A stretch of 64,000 bases of DNA from Octopus vulgaris (GCA_951406725.2 OX597816.1:29450001-29514000); one strand, 5' to 3'. Counted from the stretch's first letter, positions 27,737 through 43,973 are shown. Notes: a model not told the origin generated them from the sequence alone. A program made the numbers and translations.

Positions 27737-27946
27737 CTCTTTTACTCTTTTACTTGTTTCAGTCATTTGACTGCGGCCATGTTGGAGCACCGCCTTTAGT
27801 CGAGCAAATCGACCCCAGGACTTATTCTTTGGAAGCCTAGTATACATTCTATCGGTCTCTTTTGCTGAACCGCTAAGTTACGGGGACGTAAACACACCAG
27901 CATCGTTTGTCAAGCGATGTTGGGAGGACAAACGCAGACACAAAAG

Positions 27947-28010
<64 letters not shown>

Positions 28011-28176
28011 TACGATCGGGTTCTTTCAGTGTCCGTCTACCAAATCCACTCACAAGGCTTTGGTTGGCCCGAGGCTATAGTAGAAGACACTTGCCCAAGG
28101 TGCCACGAAGTGGGACTGAACCCGGGACCATGTGGTAGGTAAGCAAGATACTTACCACACAGCCACTCCTACGCCT
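27737..28176 (-). mobile_element. Full-length SINE family A
   Basis: Reverse complement of the 24220/30813 family, with B box GGTTCAGTCCC and (GAGTAAAA)n tail. Confidence 0.88.
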
Positions 28177-28811
28177 ATGTTTCATAAAATATTGCTTTTC
28201 AAGAAATGCACTTTGGAAAGGACCTTTACACATGTAGTTCTACTGTCACATAAGACATAGAGCGAAATTGATCGCAGGAAAATATCATCTGAACGGTAAA
28301 TTGGTCATCCATTTGGCTCTTTTACGAATATTTCATACATAAACGTGATAGTTCTGAGGGGGATTTTGCCACCGTTTCTTGCAATATTGCTTGTTTGCTG
28401 GGAACTAAATGCCAACTTCATTCAAGTGTTTCTGTATAACTAAATGGAAATCAATTCGGTGAACAAAATATCGCAAGTAGTAAAATAGAAAATCTATTTA
28501 AGAAATGTATTTTAATGAAAAACATAAAAACAATAGACAAACATTCCAAAACTCTATCTAATACACAATGATTTTGTAAAATAATAGATTATTAATTTTG
28601 TAGCATAAGGAAGTGTATACCGGATGGGGTGGGTGTATAAAATGAATGCTTTACGTGTCATGTAATATCATAATATACAGGTTAGTTCTAAGTTTCCAAT
28701 TTATCGATATTTTTTATAATGAAAGCATAGAATATATTTCATTCATTCAAACCAATTCTGCGCCAATCTGTACTGATTTCAGCAATGATTTTCACCATAT
28801 AGAAATATCAT

Positions 28812-29050
28812 AAGGCGGCGAGCTGGCAGACACGTTAGCACGCCGGGCGAAATGCTTAGCAATATTTCGTCTGCCGTTACGATCTGAGTTCAAATTCCGC
28901 CGCGGTCGACATTACTTTTCATCCTTTCGAGATCGATAAAATATGTACCAGTTACGCACTGGGGTCGATGTAATCGACTTAATCCCTTTGCCTGTCCTCG
29001 TTTGTCCCCTCTGTGTTTAACCCCTTGTGGGCAATAAAGAAATAAGAAAT
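28812..29050 (+). mobile_element. Full-length SINE family B (variant tail)
   Basis: AAGGCGGCGAGCTGGCAGA...GAGTTCAAATTCC...GGGCAATAAAGAAATAAGAAA. Flanked by AGAAATATCATA on both sides (28801 and 29045), a likely TSD. Confidence 0.85.
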
Positions 29051-29362
29051 ATCATATTTCTTCTCTTATTGTTCAATCGAACAGTGAATAACAAATAGGT
29101 TCTATTCTGTTTTTTGTAAGTATTTTGATAGCTATTTCTAGCGGGTCGATCAGCTACACAGCACGAAGAATGATACAAAGACAAGGCAATAAGCGGGCAG
29201 AATCGATAACGTAACATATTTTCTGGTTCTTTACATTCTGCTTTCATACAACGCCGAGCATGATGATGAAGTAAGGAGCAGTTGAGCACAAGGGTTGTTG
29301 AGATCAACTAATTTCCCGTCAATAATTTGCTGGCATTGTGCCAAAATTATCATTATCAATGT

Positions 29363-29550
29363 TAAGGCGGTGAGGATATTCTTTAGCGGTAATCCACCCA
29401 TCTTCACGTTCCGAGGTCAAATTTCACATAGGTCGATTTTGCCTTTCATACTTCGAGGTCGGTAAAATAAGAACCGGTTTAATACAGGTTTCGATGTGAT
29501 CGACTTATTCCATCCCCTGAAATAGCTGGTCATGGGCCAAAATTTGAAGT
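29363..29550 (+). mobile_element. Diverged SINE family B copy
   Basis: AAGGCGGTGAG...GGTCGATTTTGCCTTTCAT. Confidence 0.65.
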
Positions 29551-29589
29551 CATTATGTTATTATAATAATAATAATAATAATAATAATA

Positions 29590-29624
<35 letters not shown>

Positions 29625-29835
29625 CATTATTATTACTATTACAAAAAACAAGAAGAGCGCGACTGTTATTGCTAATAAATAGAGAATGGCTCTCTTTATT
29701 AAAATGAATATGAAACGATTGAACAATATTTCGACATTCCGCGTGTCTTTAATGAGTTCAAATTAAAAAACGAAATTAACAAAATTAAACCGGAATAACT
29801 GTGTTTCTTTCCAAGTAAAACGGCGTTATTATTAA

Positions 29836-29875
<40 letters not shown>

Positions 29876-29877
29876 TT

Positions 29878-30337
29878 GTGAGAGAGCAGTTTATGCCATC
29901 AAAGTGACACTGGGGTAAAATATACGAAGCCCAATATACCCATCATGACTACCCGTCTGATAAGGGTACACCAGGCACATGCATCACAACCATATGTGCG
30001 CGACATGGTGATCTCATATCAAGATAAACAGCACATGACCTTGCAGGTGGGGCCCAGTTAGAAATTTCTTCAGATTGAGTAGCCCATCCCGCTCAAAAGG
30101 TCCCTGAATAAGGGTTGTTTAAGGATGTTGAAAGAACCACCCATGTTTCCAGATGTGAATTATTCAAACCCCAAAGAATCCCTCTCAACACATGGCTATG
30201 ATGCTCCCCCACAACTTCTGCTCGTGATCAGAGATGCACATATCGTCAGCCACTAAGGGACATGCTCAACTGGTTTAAGGTCAAACAACAGACAAGCAAA
30301 TCTGTGGTATTGAGCAGAATATTTGCTGTAGCCCATC
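29878..30337 (-). mobile_element. Interspersed repeat, probably a retroposon 3' end with (TAA)n tail
   Basis: GC-richer block abutting (ATT)n. Its first ~65 nt recur in diverged form at 38342-38405, also abutting (ATT)n. Confidence 0.55.
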
Positions 30338-30812
30338 GAAGAAGAAGAAGAAAAAGAAGAAGAAGAAGAATGATAGGAGTTATTGAATATATATGAAAGT
30401 CTGTTCAATAAAGAATGATACTGTGGCGTATATGAAAGATAGCACTATTGAATGATTTCTTAGTAGAAAACAATTTCATATGCGAGAAGACATCATACAT
30501 TGTTGAGTGGTTTTTGCGTCAGGCGAGATAAAATCACTCTCTAGCATTGAATAAAATATAAATTATAAAAGAAAATGTAAATTATATCTCATATAAATTA
30601 TATCTCATGTAAATATACGTTAAATTCCTCATAAATACACTCATGCAAATGTATATATTATTAACATCGGTAAAACTAACTCCAACAATTCTCTTTCCTT
30701 AAGTATGTTGCTAATCGATTTGATGAATAATTCAAGGGAACCGTGTATAAATTTCATTTGCACAATCACAATGTCTGTGAGATTGAGATTTGGTCTTGGC
30801 ATTGGATTATAA

Positions 30813-31758
<946 letters not shown>

Positions 31759-32853
31759 AACTCTTATTTTCTATTTCATTTTCTCTCTCTCTCACTCTCT
31801 CTCATTTTCTTTCTCTCTCTTTTTCTTCCTATTTATATGTATATGTAGGTTAAAGTATTGAGGAAAGGATAACAATTAGTCAAATCAGGACACGGATATT
31901 TGATTTGATTTAATCCAATCTAAAAATTTAGCTAAATAGTGAATGGTAAAAATAGTCCAAACTGGTAATAGTAGTCTCTAACAGCTGTTTCTGCGATATC
32001 TCAGCTAATGGAGCATTGTATAGAATGAAGAGTCTTTAAGCTGGATATTCCATCATCGGATAAATATAGGTTAGACTTTGAGAGAATGTTCCTCATCAAT
32101 GATATTTGTTATGATTCATTATGTCCAGGAGGGTAAGAGGGTCTAATTAAATCCAGTTGGATCGGTCTTCTTTAGATAAACCAGACAGAGTGGTTAAATG
32201 GTACCGCTAATTAAGAACAGGGAAAAAGTGTTTTGCAGTAGTCTATACCGAGAGGATATGAAAGTGAATGCTAGCAGATCCAGCGTTGTTCATGGAATAA
32301 AGATACATTCTGATGAGGGTAAAGATAAATAGGTAAAAGATATGTATTGGGTATATATTGAAGGGTGTGAGTGTTAGCAGTTCCAAAGTTATAAGGATAA
32401 TGAGAGACTGAATACGAAATATATTCTGATGTGAGAGAAAAAAGATACATAGGTGAAAGCATTGTATTACATATATAATGCTCAGTACATCAGAGGTTAT
32501 TCAGTTCTGAGAGAAGGGGGAAGAATAAATAATACAGTCTGGTATGAGAAATATATGAAAAAGTATCTAATTCCAAATCTATAATTTTAATTAAACTACG
32601 AATATACAAATATAGCTTTATAATACATTATAATATTTGTAAATATTATCCTTATACTAGACAATTAAATTATATATAATATATAATATAATACTAAATT
32701 TATTTAGTAGTATTATAAATAGCCATATTAATATACTAATTTAAACTCACTAATCGGTCGGTTCAAATATAAAATTTCCTTCAAAAATGTGCATCACGTT
32801 ATAAATATGGGTAAAGATCACAAGGAAAATTGCGTTCTCGCCATCATCCATAT

Positions 32854-32957
<104 letters not shown>

Positions 32958-33308
32958 GTACACACAAATATACACACAGGCACACACACACATTAATTAT
33001 GCGTATCGATAAATTTTTTTGGTTTCTTACCAATTCATTTACGTGGTAATTTATATTTCAGAATTAATTAACGATCCATTAAGCAACATGTATGTGAATT
33101 CAAATATATATATAGAGATTCACACATATGTATATATATATATATATATATACAAACACACAGGGGCACACATTTACACATACATATATAGACATATACA
33201 CACACATACACACATGTACATATAGATACCTCACACACATACGCACACATATATACACATGCACAGACACACAGGCAGATAGATACATACATACATATTC
33301 GATACATG

Positions 33309-33339
<31 letters not shown>

Positions 33340-33472
33340 AGTGTATATTTATATAAATATATGAAAAATATATAATAATAACAATATATAATTAACATAT
33401 ATATATATATATACACACATATATATCTACACATAAACACATCTACACCTTCCATACACATATATACACTAA

Positions 33473-33531
<59 letters not shown>

Positions 33532-33625
33532 CATTTACACCATATATATGTAAGTATACATTTACCTAAATATATGAAAATAAAATCAGCAACAAAATAA
33601 TGAACCTATAATTATTTATTCTTTC

Positions 33626-33725
<100 letters not shown>

Positions 33726-33989
33726 CTACATACTTCCCCATATGAAATCAAATAAATAGATATAAAGAAGCTTATAAAAATAAATAGTAGATAAGTATTT
33801 ATATAACTCTTATGCCTTCTAAATAAAATTTATTGGTTATTTAATTAAAATAATTATAGCTAATATATATACTTATAGCCAATATAAAATTATCTTTTAA
33901 TACAATTTAAATAAAAGTTAGTGTAAGTTAGCCTTCTGACAATAATTTAATAGATTAATATATCATCACTAATCAATTTCCAAAGTTAT

Positions 33990-34190
33990 AATCCTTTCTT
34001 CAGTAGACACAAAGGCCTGATATTTTGGGTGAGTGGGTAAAGTATATCACATAAACTTACTTTATCGACCTCGAAAGGATGAAATGCAATGTCGACCTCT
34101 GCAGAATTTGCGCTCAGAACTTAGCTGCATCCAAATATCGGAAAGCATATCACCCGTCACACTAACGACCCTGCCATTCTGCCGTCTCAA
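33990..34190 (-). mobile_element. Diverged SINE family B copy
   Basis: TTTATCGACCTCGAAAGGATGAAA..GTCGACCTC as in 15460-15510. Confidence 0.65.
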
Positions 34191-34225
34191 ATTACTATAT
34201 AATAATATACACATACAGACACACA

Positions 34226-34371
<146 letters not shown>

Positions 34372-34864
34372 TATAACACACACACTTTTATGTATGTTTG
34401 TTTGCATGTATATACACCTGCATGCACGTATGTTATTTTTCAGTTTCATTTCAAGATATCGTTCCAATTGGGAAAGAGCCGGATTCTAACTTAGATCCAA
34501 GACTAATTAAACAGCACGAACAAGGTTTCTTCTCCTGAATGTTTGCATATATGCAGGTTTTAGATCGCATGAGCAGATTTGTATGTTCTGCAACATTTAC
34601 GTATTGTCATGTAGATTGGTGCATGTCCAGACGTGCAGATACACTTAAAAGATAAACTTCAGGAACGTTTTATACATGAATGTATGTAAGTATGTACATA
34701 TGTATTTATGTCTTTCAAACTTTATCTCTCGTCACCTCGCTATTTGACAGTAGATGTCACCTTCTTATTTGATTATCGAATGACCAGGGACACACCTAAG
34801 TTTACCGTCTGGGGTAGAAGCCTGGGCGGAAAGTCACTTCTATGGCGAACGCATAACCTAGGTT

Positions 34865-35130
34865 TTGTCTTATGGAAGACCAACAGTCGCCCATTCATAC
34901 CAGCCTCCTCTCTCCACGCCAACGATGTTATCAAAGGAAAAGGCATAGGCCGATATAGCTTGGCGCCAGTGATATCGAAACCTTTTTCTGCAGCGGAGTG
35001 AAGTCCAGCAACGTAAAATAAAGTGTCTTGCTCAAGAGCACAACACGACACGCAGCTCTGTCCGGAAAACGAACTAACAACCTCACGATCGTAACCTCGA
35101 CGCTCTAAACACTGAGCCATATGCCTTCAC
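34865..35130 (-). mobile_element. tRNA-derived SINE (family D)
   Basis: Minus strand GTGAAGGCATATGGCTCAGTG..TAGAGCG...GTTCG (A/B boxes), then CTTGAGCAAGACACTTTA. Confidence 0.7.
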
Positions 35131-36037
35131 ATTAATATACTACACATACTTATATATATAACACATATATATGAGCGCACGCGTGCGCGTGTGTGTGTGT
35201 GCGTGTGTATGTGTTTGTGTGTGTGTATAATGTAAAATATATATATAATTATCTACAGGCTTACGCTTATATGTCGCCTCAGAAAGACACTGATTGCTAA
35301 CACCTATCATTTAATCCTTGCTCACACGTTCATGTATTTTTCGCTTATGATTTTATATACATTCAAACACGTGCATCATTTTTTTTTTTTTTGCAGGAGC
35401 CTCTTTCTTCTATATTCTCTTACTCAAACTCTGTTCTACTCTTTCTATCTTTAATATGTTCCTACCTTTCTGTATCAAATACTATTTACATCTACATATA
35501 TTGAACATATTTTGCATTGTGTATCTGACTTTCATCTGACGTTTAATCTCGCTGTCACACTGAATCGCACGGAACGGTTTATGTTAAATTGCATTGTATG
35601 CATTTCTGTATATGTGTGTTTGTGTGTTTATGTACAGATATAAATATATTTATTTAACTATCAGTACGCCTTAAGTAAGCGTCAATATACCGTTGTATGT
35701 ATGACGGATGGGAAACTGTGACAAGTATTATATTATCGACAATTATATTATGTCTACATCATATACTTAGACAAATGCGTACTTCACGTACACACATACA
35801 TAAATAAATACATAGGCAAACACATATGTACATACATATATACACAAACAAATGCATAAAATTCACATATAACAGGTGTCCCAAAATGTGCGGGGTGCAT
35901 TCAAAAAGGATCTGAATTTTATTGTTTCCTTCCAAAGGGGCAAAATACTTACGGTGAGAAGTGACGCTACTTCTTCTGCGCATGCGTAAAAAATTTCTAT
36001 AGTACAGACGTGTAGTGTACATACATTTATTTTCTGC

Positions 36038-36079
36038 TATCATCATCATCATCATCATCATCATCATGACCATCATGAC

Positions 36080-36121
<42 letters not shown>

Positions 36122-36194
36122 TATCATCACCATCATCATCACCATCATCATCATCATCATCATCACCATCGTCATCATCATCACCATCGTCATT

Positions 36195-36225
<31 letters not shown>

Positions 36226-36262
36226 CCATCATCACCATCATCACCATCATCACCATCATCAA

Positions 36263-36295
<33 letters not shown>

Positions 36296-36445
36296 TATTA
36301 TTATTATTATTATTATTATCATCAGTATTATCATTATTATTATCAGTATTATTATTATTGTTATTATTATTATTATTATTATTATCATTATTATTATCAT
36401 TATTATATTATTATTATCATTATTATATTATTATTATTATTATTA

Positions 36446-36505
<60 letters not shown>
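36038..36505. repeat. Compound (ATC)n to (ATT)n trinucleotide microsatellite
   Basis: Directly visible. Confidence 0.95.
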
Positions 36506-36507
<2 letters not shown>

Positions 36508-38262
36508 GCACAAAGACATATAATTTGCTTCCTTACAATTCTACTTTATACCCCATAATGTTGAGAAGGATTTAATGATCTCAGATCCTGTGGCAAAACA
36601 GAAAAAAAAGACAACAATACTAAAATGCTGACAATCAGTCAAGCTTACATCAATGATTTAAAGTAAATTTGTAAAATTAACGTTTTATTCTTTTTCTCAA
36701 TTATTGCATCTTCAGAGATTCTAGCGAATTGTCAATTGGTTCTTGGTTCCGAATGAAACGTTCAGTCCCTGGTGGCTCGATTCTTAATTATCAATTATAC
36801 TTTGATTTGCATCTATGACACATTATAAGTTTATTTTTCATAGAAAGAAGCGTTTCTGTGTTACCTGTTCAACGCTACGTTTAGCAGAAATCTCATGGTG
36901 TGCACAGAGGTTTCTCGAGGATGGAAACATGGTTAAACCCCTTTAGCCTCAAATTTATCGTCTCATATTCAGTGTACTACTTACTGACAGCCATCATTTA
37001 ATTCCTCTCTTCTACTTCATGGGTACGTTTCTCCTAAGTCCAAGATTCAACATTGACATTTTTATAGAATATATTTGCTTTGAATTTAAAAATTTTTTTT
37101 ACCAACATAGTTCAATTTTTTCCAAAACTCTATTATAATTTTTATACTATTGTCTCTTCATTTTTATTTTAAAATTGTTATCTGAGAAAAGAATAGACTA
37201 GCAGGCAAAATATAGGAACAGACGTCATAACGATCTTAATTTATTGAGTCTGGAAACATACTTGATAAGATAAAAAGGAAGCTTTAAATTATCTCAGTTG
37301 AATTTACAATTAAGGTTTAAAAGAAAATTTTGTTTTTACCTTCATTCAAATGCAAATGCATACTCAGACTTTTGATTCACACTACCCTTGTGAAGAACAT
37401 TCTAAAAGGAATATTCAATATTTACTTCATATATAAAATATGAGGGATGATGTGAAAGGATCGAACCAGAGTTATATAAAAGTAATCTCACGTTAAAAAT
37501 TTTAAAATGTCCACATTTAAGCATACAGAAATTGCAAGGTAAAATGACCTGGATGCATTTTCACTTTCATAGTAACGGTAATATTTTGTGAAAAATAATA
37601 GATATGTAGGTTTTAGTGGGGTCTATTGTAACTCTTCTATAATGGATGACCAACAAACCTAATTTTCAAAATGTGAACACCATTTAATATATATCTGTCT
37701 ATCAAATTCAGTATAAATAACTATGATCTTAGACACCACACAAGAGGATTCAATGGGAAAAAAGATAATTTAACATTATTAATACGCTACTAAAGCACAT
37801 ACAAGTCTTTCTTTCATATTTTCCTGATATTTTTATCCACCAGAGACCAACACAAAATGATGTTATTAAAATTAAAATTCCAAATTCAGTTTCAATATTC
37901 CGAAAATTCTGCAAGTTCCGTGTCCGATTGTTATTGACTTACGGTTTATTCTTTCCCTGATTTGTTTATTCATTATTATTATTCATCATCTATTGTTTCT
38001 GTTCAAGTGGCTTCTGTCAAGGTTAAATCGGATATACCGGTCAACCGTTCTACGGTGAAGATCTTGCCACTCTTTCATTGGACGAAATGGACAGGCATTT
38101 ATCTTCTCTCCGGTGTTGTGGTGAAAGAGGATGAAATGTACACGAGATTATAAGGAATGAGGACAGAAATATTATTCGACGAAATGCATGAAACATCACT
38201 TGGAGTGGAAGATGAGTACGAAGAGAAGGTAATTTGGAATCTGCTTGTAGGCCCGGAAAACA

Positions 38263-38337
<75 letters not shown>

Positions 38338-38414
38338 CATTGGGAGAGCAGCGCATGGTATGAAAGTGAAACCGAGGTAAAAATACACGAAACCAAATAT
38401 GCTCATTACTACTA

Positions 38415-38455
<41 letters not shown>

Positions 38456-38457
38456 AC

Positions 38458-41400
38458 TAGGGAGGGATATCCTCAGAAATAAAAGAATCACAAATAGTGA
38501 AATAACTGCGACCAAATACGCAGCGGAAAATGACCTATATATAAGACAACAAGGAAATCAAGAATCAGACGAAGAGAACCACTCTTCACGAGTCTCGATT
38601 GAAAGACTACCATCTGACCAGGGCACGCATACGTCTGGAGTAATAAATTGTAATGAACCTGATAAAGAGAGCGAAGAAAGTGGTAAAGAAACAATATTTG
38701 AAGACTGAAATTTTACTGAAGAACACAGAGAGTCTATAGAACTAAAGAAGAAAATCCGGAATAAGCTTGCAGTTGTAAGGCACGCTAATATGTATGATAG
38801 AGAACCACTTCATAAGCTCTCAAATACAATCCAAATTACAAATCATATCAAAATTCAAACTATGTAACAAAGGTAATTCTACAAGAGCTAAAACCAGTGC
38901 TCACTGAATTAAGTGAAATTATTTGCGCAGTTGAAACCCGTTGTATGCCTCTGAAAAAAAAGCAAAGAAATACAGACTAAAGAAATACAAACCTGAGGAG
39001 AATACCAAAATGGAAAAGTAAAAGTGAGAAAAGAGATTGAAATAATGAGAGGTGAAATATCAATATTCAATGAACTAATCTAGGGAAATAATGTAAAAAC
39101 CAGAAAAAGAAGACAGATGAAGAGAAAACATAGATTCTCACCTACAAAAAACTGCTTGCAGCAAAAGTAACACTGTAACAAAAATCACCGTGATCACCGT
39201 GACCGACCAGACTATCAGATGTTGCTACACATCGCTGATCACAATGTGCTTTGCATTGTTTTAGCCTTCAAATGACGCCACCTTGCTGGCTAAGCGAGCA
39301 AGCCAACAGAAGAAAGAGTGAGAGAAAGTTGTGGCGAAAGTGTACAGCAGGGATCGCCACCACCCCCTGCCGGAGCCTCGTGGAGCTTTAGGTGTTTTCG
39401 CTCAATAAACACTCAGAACGCCCGGTCTGGGAATCGAAACCGCGAGTTCGCTGCCCTAACCACTAGGCCATTGCGCCTCCACGTAGCAAATATTCCAAAC
39501 AAAATCTCAAATAATGCGAATATTTGAGAAGGGAAACACATTTTACAAACAAAATATGCTGTTCACATCTGATGCGAAAACATCCTACTAAAAATAAGGA
39601 GGGAGAACATAATCATTGAAGACCACCTCCTGCCATGGACGAGTTGAACATTTCTAGAAAAATATCTGGAGTAATGAAAAGACTTACAATGAAAATGCTG
39701 ACTGGATTAGACTTACAGAAGGATCCAAACAAAACTTACCAGAACAAGCATGGGAAGACATCACCATAGCAGACCTACGGATGACACATATGAAGGCTCA
39801 TATGTGGAAGTCTCCTAATAATTACAGGGTGCCAAATTTCTTGGTCGCCTAGTTCACGTGCGCAGACGGAAAGTTAGTCCAGGTAATCAATTAAATTATG
39901 ACAGATTCTACGTAAACACTTGACTGGTTAGCAAGAGGTATTACTTACCTACTCCCGAAGAATAATAAAACCAAGTTTCCCCAAAATTCTCGGCCCATAA
40001 CATGTCTATCAACCACGTACACATTTTTTTACTCCTATCCTCGTGGAGAAAGCAAACAAATTTATGGAACAGAACGACATTCTCCCCACTGAACAAAAAG
40101 GGTGCCGACGAGGTTCATATGAATGCAAAAATCAAATCTTAACAAATTGCACGATCCTTCAGAATTGTTATATCAAACGCAGAAATCTCAGTTCTGCATG
40201 AATCTTGAAATCGCTGGATATCTTCAAAATTTCTCCTATGATTTCAACCTTCCTGTATCACAACATGTCAATGTGAAACACGGAACTCCAATTATACCAC
40301 TCTAATGGAGTACTGACGACAAAAGATATTAATATCAACTGCGGCATTTTCCAAGGTGACTCACTTCCACCTTTAATTTTCTGCATAGCCTTAATACAGC
40401 TTACAAGTGAACTTCACAGAACTTGGTATGGATATAAAAATTGTCATCTATGGATATAAAATAAGTAATCTATTTTGTATAGATGACATAAAACTCTATG
40501 GTAAAGACGATAACGAGCTTAAGGACTTATTTCGTACTGTGAAAGTATACAGGGATGACATTGGGATGGAATTAGGTCACTGTAAATGTGCGATGGCCAC
40601 TTTCCAGAAAGGGGAACTGAATGCCTCACATTAACTGGTGTTGGATGTTGACAGTCATAAAAGAAATCGAGCAGGAACAAACATACAAACACCTCGGAAT
40701 AAATAAGGGCTCTGGCATTCAACATGCAAATATGAAAGAGGAGATCATGAAGGAGTGTTACAGGAGAGTTCAAGCAGTCTTAAACTCCGAGTTAAATGCA
40801 CGTAACAAGGTGTTAGCCATAAATTTCTCAGCGGTTCATATTGTTATGTAGGGTTATAATGTGTTGAACTGGAATAGCAGCGAAATAAGGAAGACTGACA
40901 GGAAATCTGTAAACTGCTGACTTGCAATAAGATGCACCCAACACAGACAGACGCAGATTGTCTTTACTTACCCAGAGCTCAAAGAGGTCGAGGCTTGAAT
41001 GTCATACAAAACCATCACATTTAGGCTGGCAAAATATCTTGAAACATCAAACGACTGGATGCTAAATCTCGTTGAAAACCATTAAAGACGTTAGAAGTTT
41101 CATTCGGTCATGAAGGAGAGCAAAAATGTTCAAGTGAGTTTATGCATAATACCCAGGCTGGACATCATAAGGGAAGTGAGCTGTATTTGCAAAAAAGATG
41201 AAATCAATAGCAAATCAAAATGTGTTTGAACAAACAGCTGATAGGTGGGAACACACACCTCCGCATAGCAAATATGTGACCCGTAGCAAACAAGCTGATG
41301 TAGACCAGAAGCACACCTATCAGTGGATACTAAGCTCAGGGCGAAAAGCAGAGAGTGAGAGCTTTATCTTGGCTGCCCCTCATTAGAGCTTATTGACACG

Positions 41401-42186
41401 GAACTATCATGCCAATGAGATGTAAAATGGTGTAAACCGAAACTGCCAATACTGCAAAGATAGGATAGAAACGGTGGACCACCTAATCTCTGGATGTCAG
41501 GTTTTAGCACCTGTAGAGAACGAATCAAGACGTGACAGAGTTGGCCAATATCTACATGTGTCGGCATTATATAATCAAAACTGTTGACGAATGTTACAGG
41601 CACCACCCTCAGGCTCAAACTGAGGGAGAAAATGTAACTATTCTTTGGGACTTACCAGTATGTACAGATTGGACCCTCAAGACATATAAACTAGATATTG
41701 TTGTGAGAAACATAAGTATACACTGTGACCATAATATCTCGGCAGAAGAATAAACTCAGAAACGATAAAGATTGAAATCAAAAACATGTGGCATCTCATG
41801 ACGGTTACAATACCAGTGATTGTTGGATGGCTTGGAATGGTCAAAAAAAGACATGAAAATTCTTTAAAAATGATCCCTGGTTTACCATCCATGTGCAAAT
41901 GATTGTCGTAACTGGTACGTAACACGTATTGAGAAGAGCATTGTTACTGAATGTTCTTTCCTTTTACTCCCTTTATATTATTTGTTTACTTTTCTATTTT
42001 TTTTATTTTTCCTTTTTTCTCTCTGATTTACCCCTTTTCTTTATTATATGACTCTGTAAATGAGCAATCTGGTATTCTTGTTTTAATGGCCTACCAAAGT
42101 ATACAGTCCGTTTCTCTGCTCTAGGTGTCAGGAAGAGACCCAATAAGAAATGGAAACAGAATTAAAAGAAGATGCCGATGAACATG
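38458..42186 (+). mobile_element. Decayed R4/Dong-clade (RLE-type) non-LTR retrotransposon ending in (TAA)n
   Basis: Ordered motifs across frameshifts: WKSP, RPITCLST, EQKGCRRGS, GIFQGDSL.PL.FCIAL, NLFCIDDIKLY, YKHLG, LYLPR..RGRGL, CQYCK...ETVDHLISGC, TILWD......KLDIVV, EIKNMW, IPVIVG.LG. Confidence 0.85.
39185..39483 (-). mobile_element. SINE family C copy nested in the R4/Dong element
   Basis: 39310-39483 closely matches 16265-16446, but with a different 3' tail. Confidence 0.85.
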
Positions 42187-42236
<50 letters not shown>

Positions 42237-42237
42237 C

Positions 42238-42282
<45 letters not shown>

Positions 42283-42336
42283 GCAATAATAATAATAATA
42301 ATAATAATAGCAATAATAATAATAATGATAATAATA
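42187..42336. repeat. (TAA)n microsatellite at the 3' end of the R4/Dong element
   Basis: Directly visible. Confidence 0.95.
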
Positions 42337-42544
42337 AATCTTACTCGATTCTTATTTTCAATGTTTTCATACTGTGATATCGAGATAGAATATTTACATT
42401 TGAGGCAACAGTAAATGTTAGAAATTTCAACCTGCAATACCAAAAACCCCAGCAGACTTCCAAAATTAGATTACGGTCTTGTTCATTTTTTTCTTTTTAG
42501 TTCATACCGTCTACTTTTGCATTTTCATCGAACAAGTAACAGCA

Positions 42545-42580
<36 letters not shown>

Positions 42581-42884
42581 GTATATATATACATGTATAT
42601 ATAAATGCTAGGGAAGAGAAGTTTACAAAATACTTGATTATCCTGGATGTAACAGTTCCGTGCTATGTGTGTAAATGACATATTTATTAAAATTTCAAGA
42701 CGGGAAATCGATGCGTTATTCCCATGCTGCTTTAACTATTATGTCGCTACTGCTAATGTTGATACTACTAGTTCCACTTTTGATTCCCCCCATAACATTC
42801 AGGCATATCTTGTAGCCTCATGATGTTGTGAATACTGATGATTAGATGGTAATAGAGAATGTCAAATTGGTGATGATATTGTGA

Positions 42885-42951
42885 TGATAATAATAAAAAT
42901 TAAAATAATAATAATAATAATTATGCAAACACCAACAACAACAACAACAGC

Positions 42952-43008
<57 letters not shown>

Positions 43009-43015
43009 TACAATA

Positions 43016-43052
<37 letters not shown>

Positions 43053-43126
43053 TAATAGTAGTAGTAATAATAATAATAATAATGATAATAATGATGATGA
43101 TGATAATAATGATAATAATGCTGATG

Positions 43127-43195
<69 letters not shown>

Positions 43196-43232
43196 GTAAT
43201 AATAACGTTGACAACAACAACAATAACAAAAC
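42885..43232. repeat. (TAA)n/(CAA)n/(TGA)n compound microsatellite
   Basis: Directly visible. Confidence 0.95.
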
Positions 43233-43758
43233 AATTATATTAAAATTGATAAAAGTAGTGATAATATACTTACAAATATAAATCCTCTTCGGATTTTCCT
43301 ATTATTTTTGTTCCCTTTTATATACTTGTTGTAACTTTAATTCAAACACATCTTTGATAAATTTATCACGAACGCTGCATGATTTACTTTGTCATATTAC
43401 ATCTTTACGAACACATCATTAAAAGTTAGGCATATATGTTCAGGTAAATCTGTTAATGCCCAAAGCGTTCGACAAGGAATAACGATTAAAAAAACTGAGC
43501 GGGGAAAAAAAAAATCAGAAACTTAAGCGAAGTAAGTAAAAAGAAAACACCTACGATAGCTAAAAAGAAGATTTCGTGCTGTTTAACATGAATGCTGCAA
43601 TATTAGCAGCAATAGCAATATCGTTAAATGTGAGGAGAATAGGAAATCGTTTGTGATAACGTAGAATCTACGTATCAAGTCCAATATCAAGTGTGTAGAA
43701 AGTGTTGATATGGAGTATTTAATTAGATACGCGTATATTTGTGTGTAGGCATACACAA

Positions 43759-43818
<60 letters not shown>

Positions 43819-43929
43819 TTATACATACATATATATATACATATATATATACATATATATATATATATATGCATGTATATATACATATATACATATATAT
43901 ACATATATCATAAGATATATATATATGTT

Positions 43930-43973
<44 letters not shown>

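Noticed and set aside
38342-38405. 5' ribozyme of the R4/Dong element
   Set aside because: No HDV-like fold could be fitted. It matches 29878-29943 and reads better as a minus-strand 3' end with (TAA)n tail.
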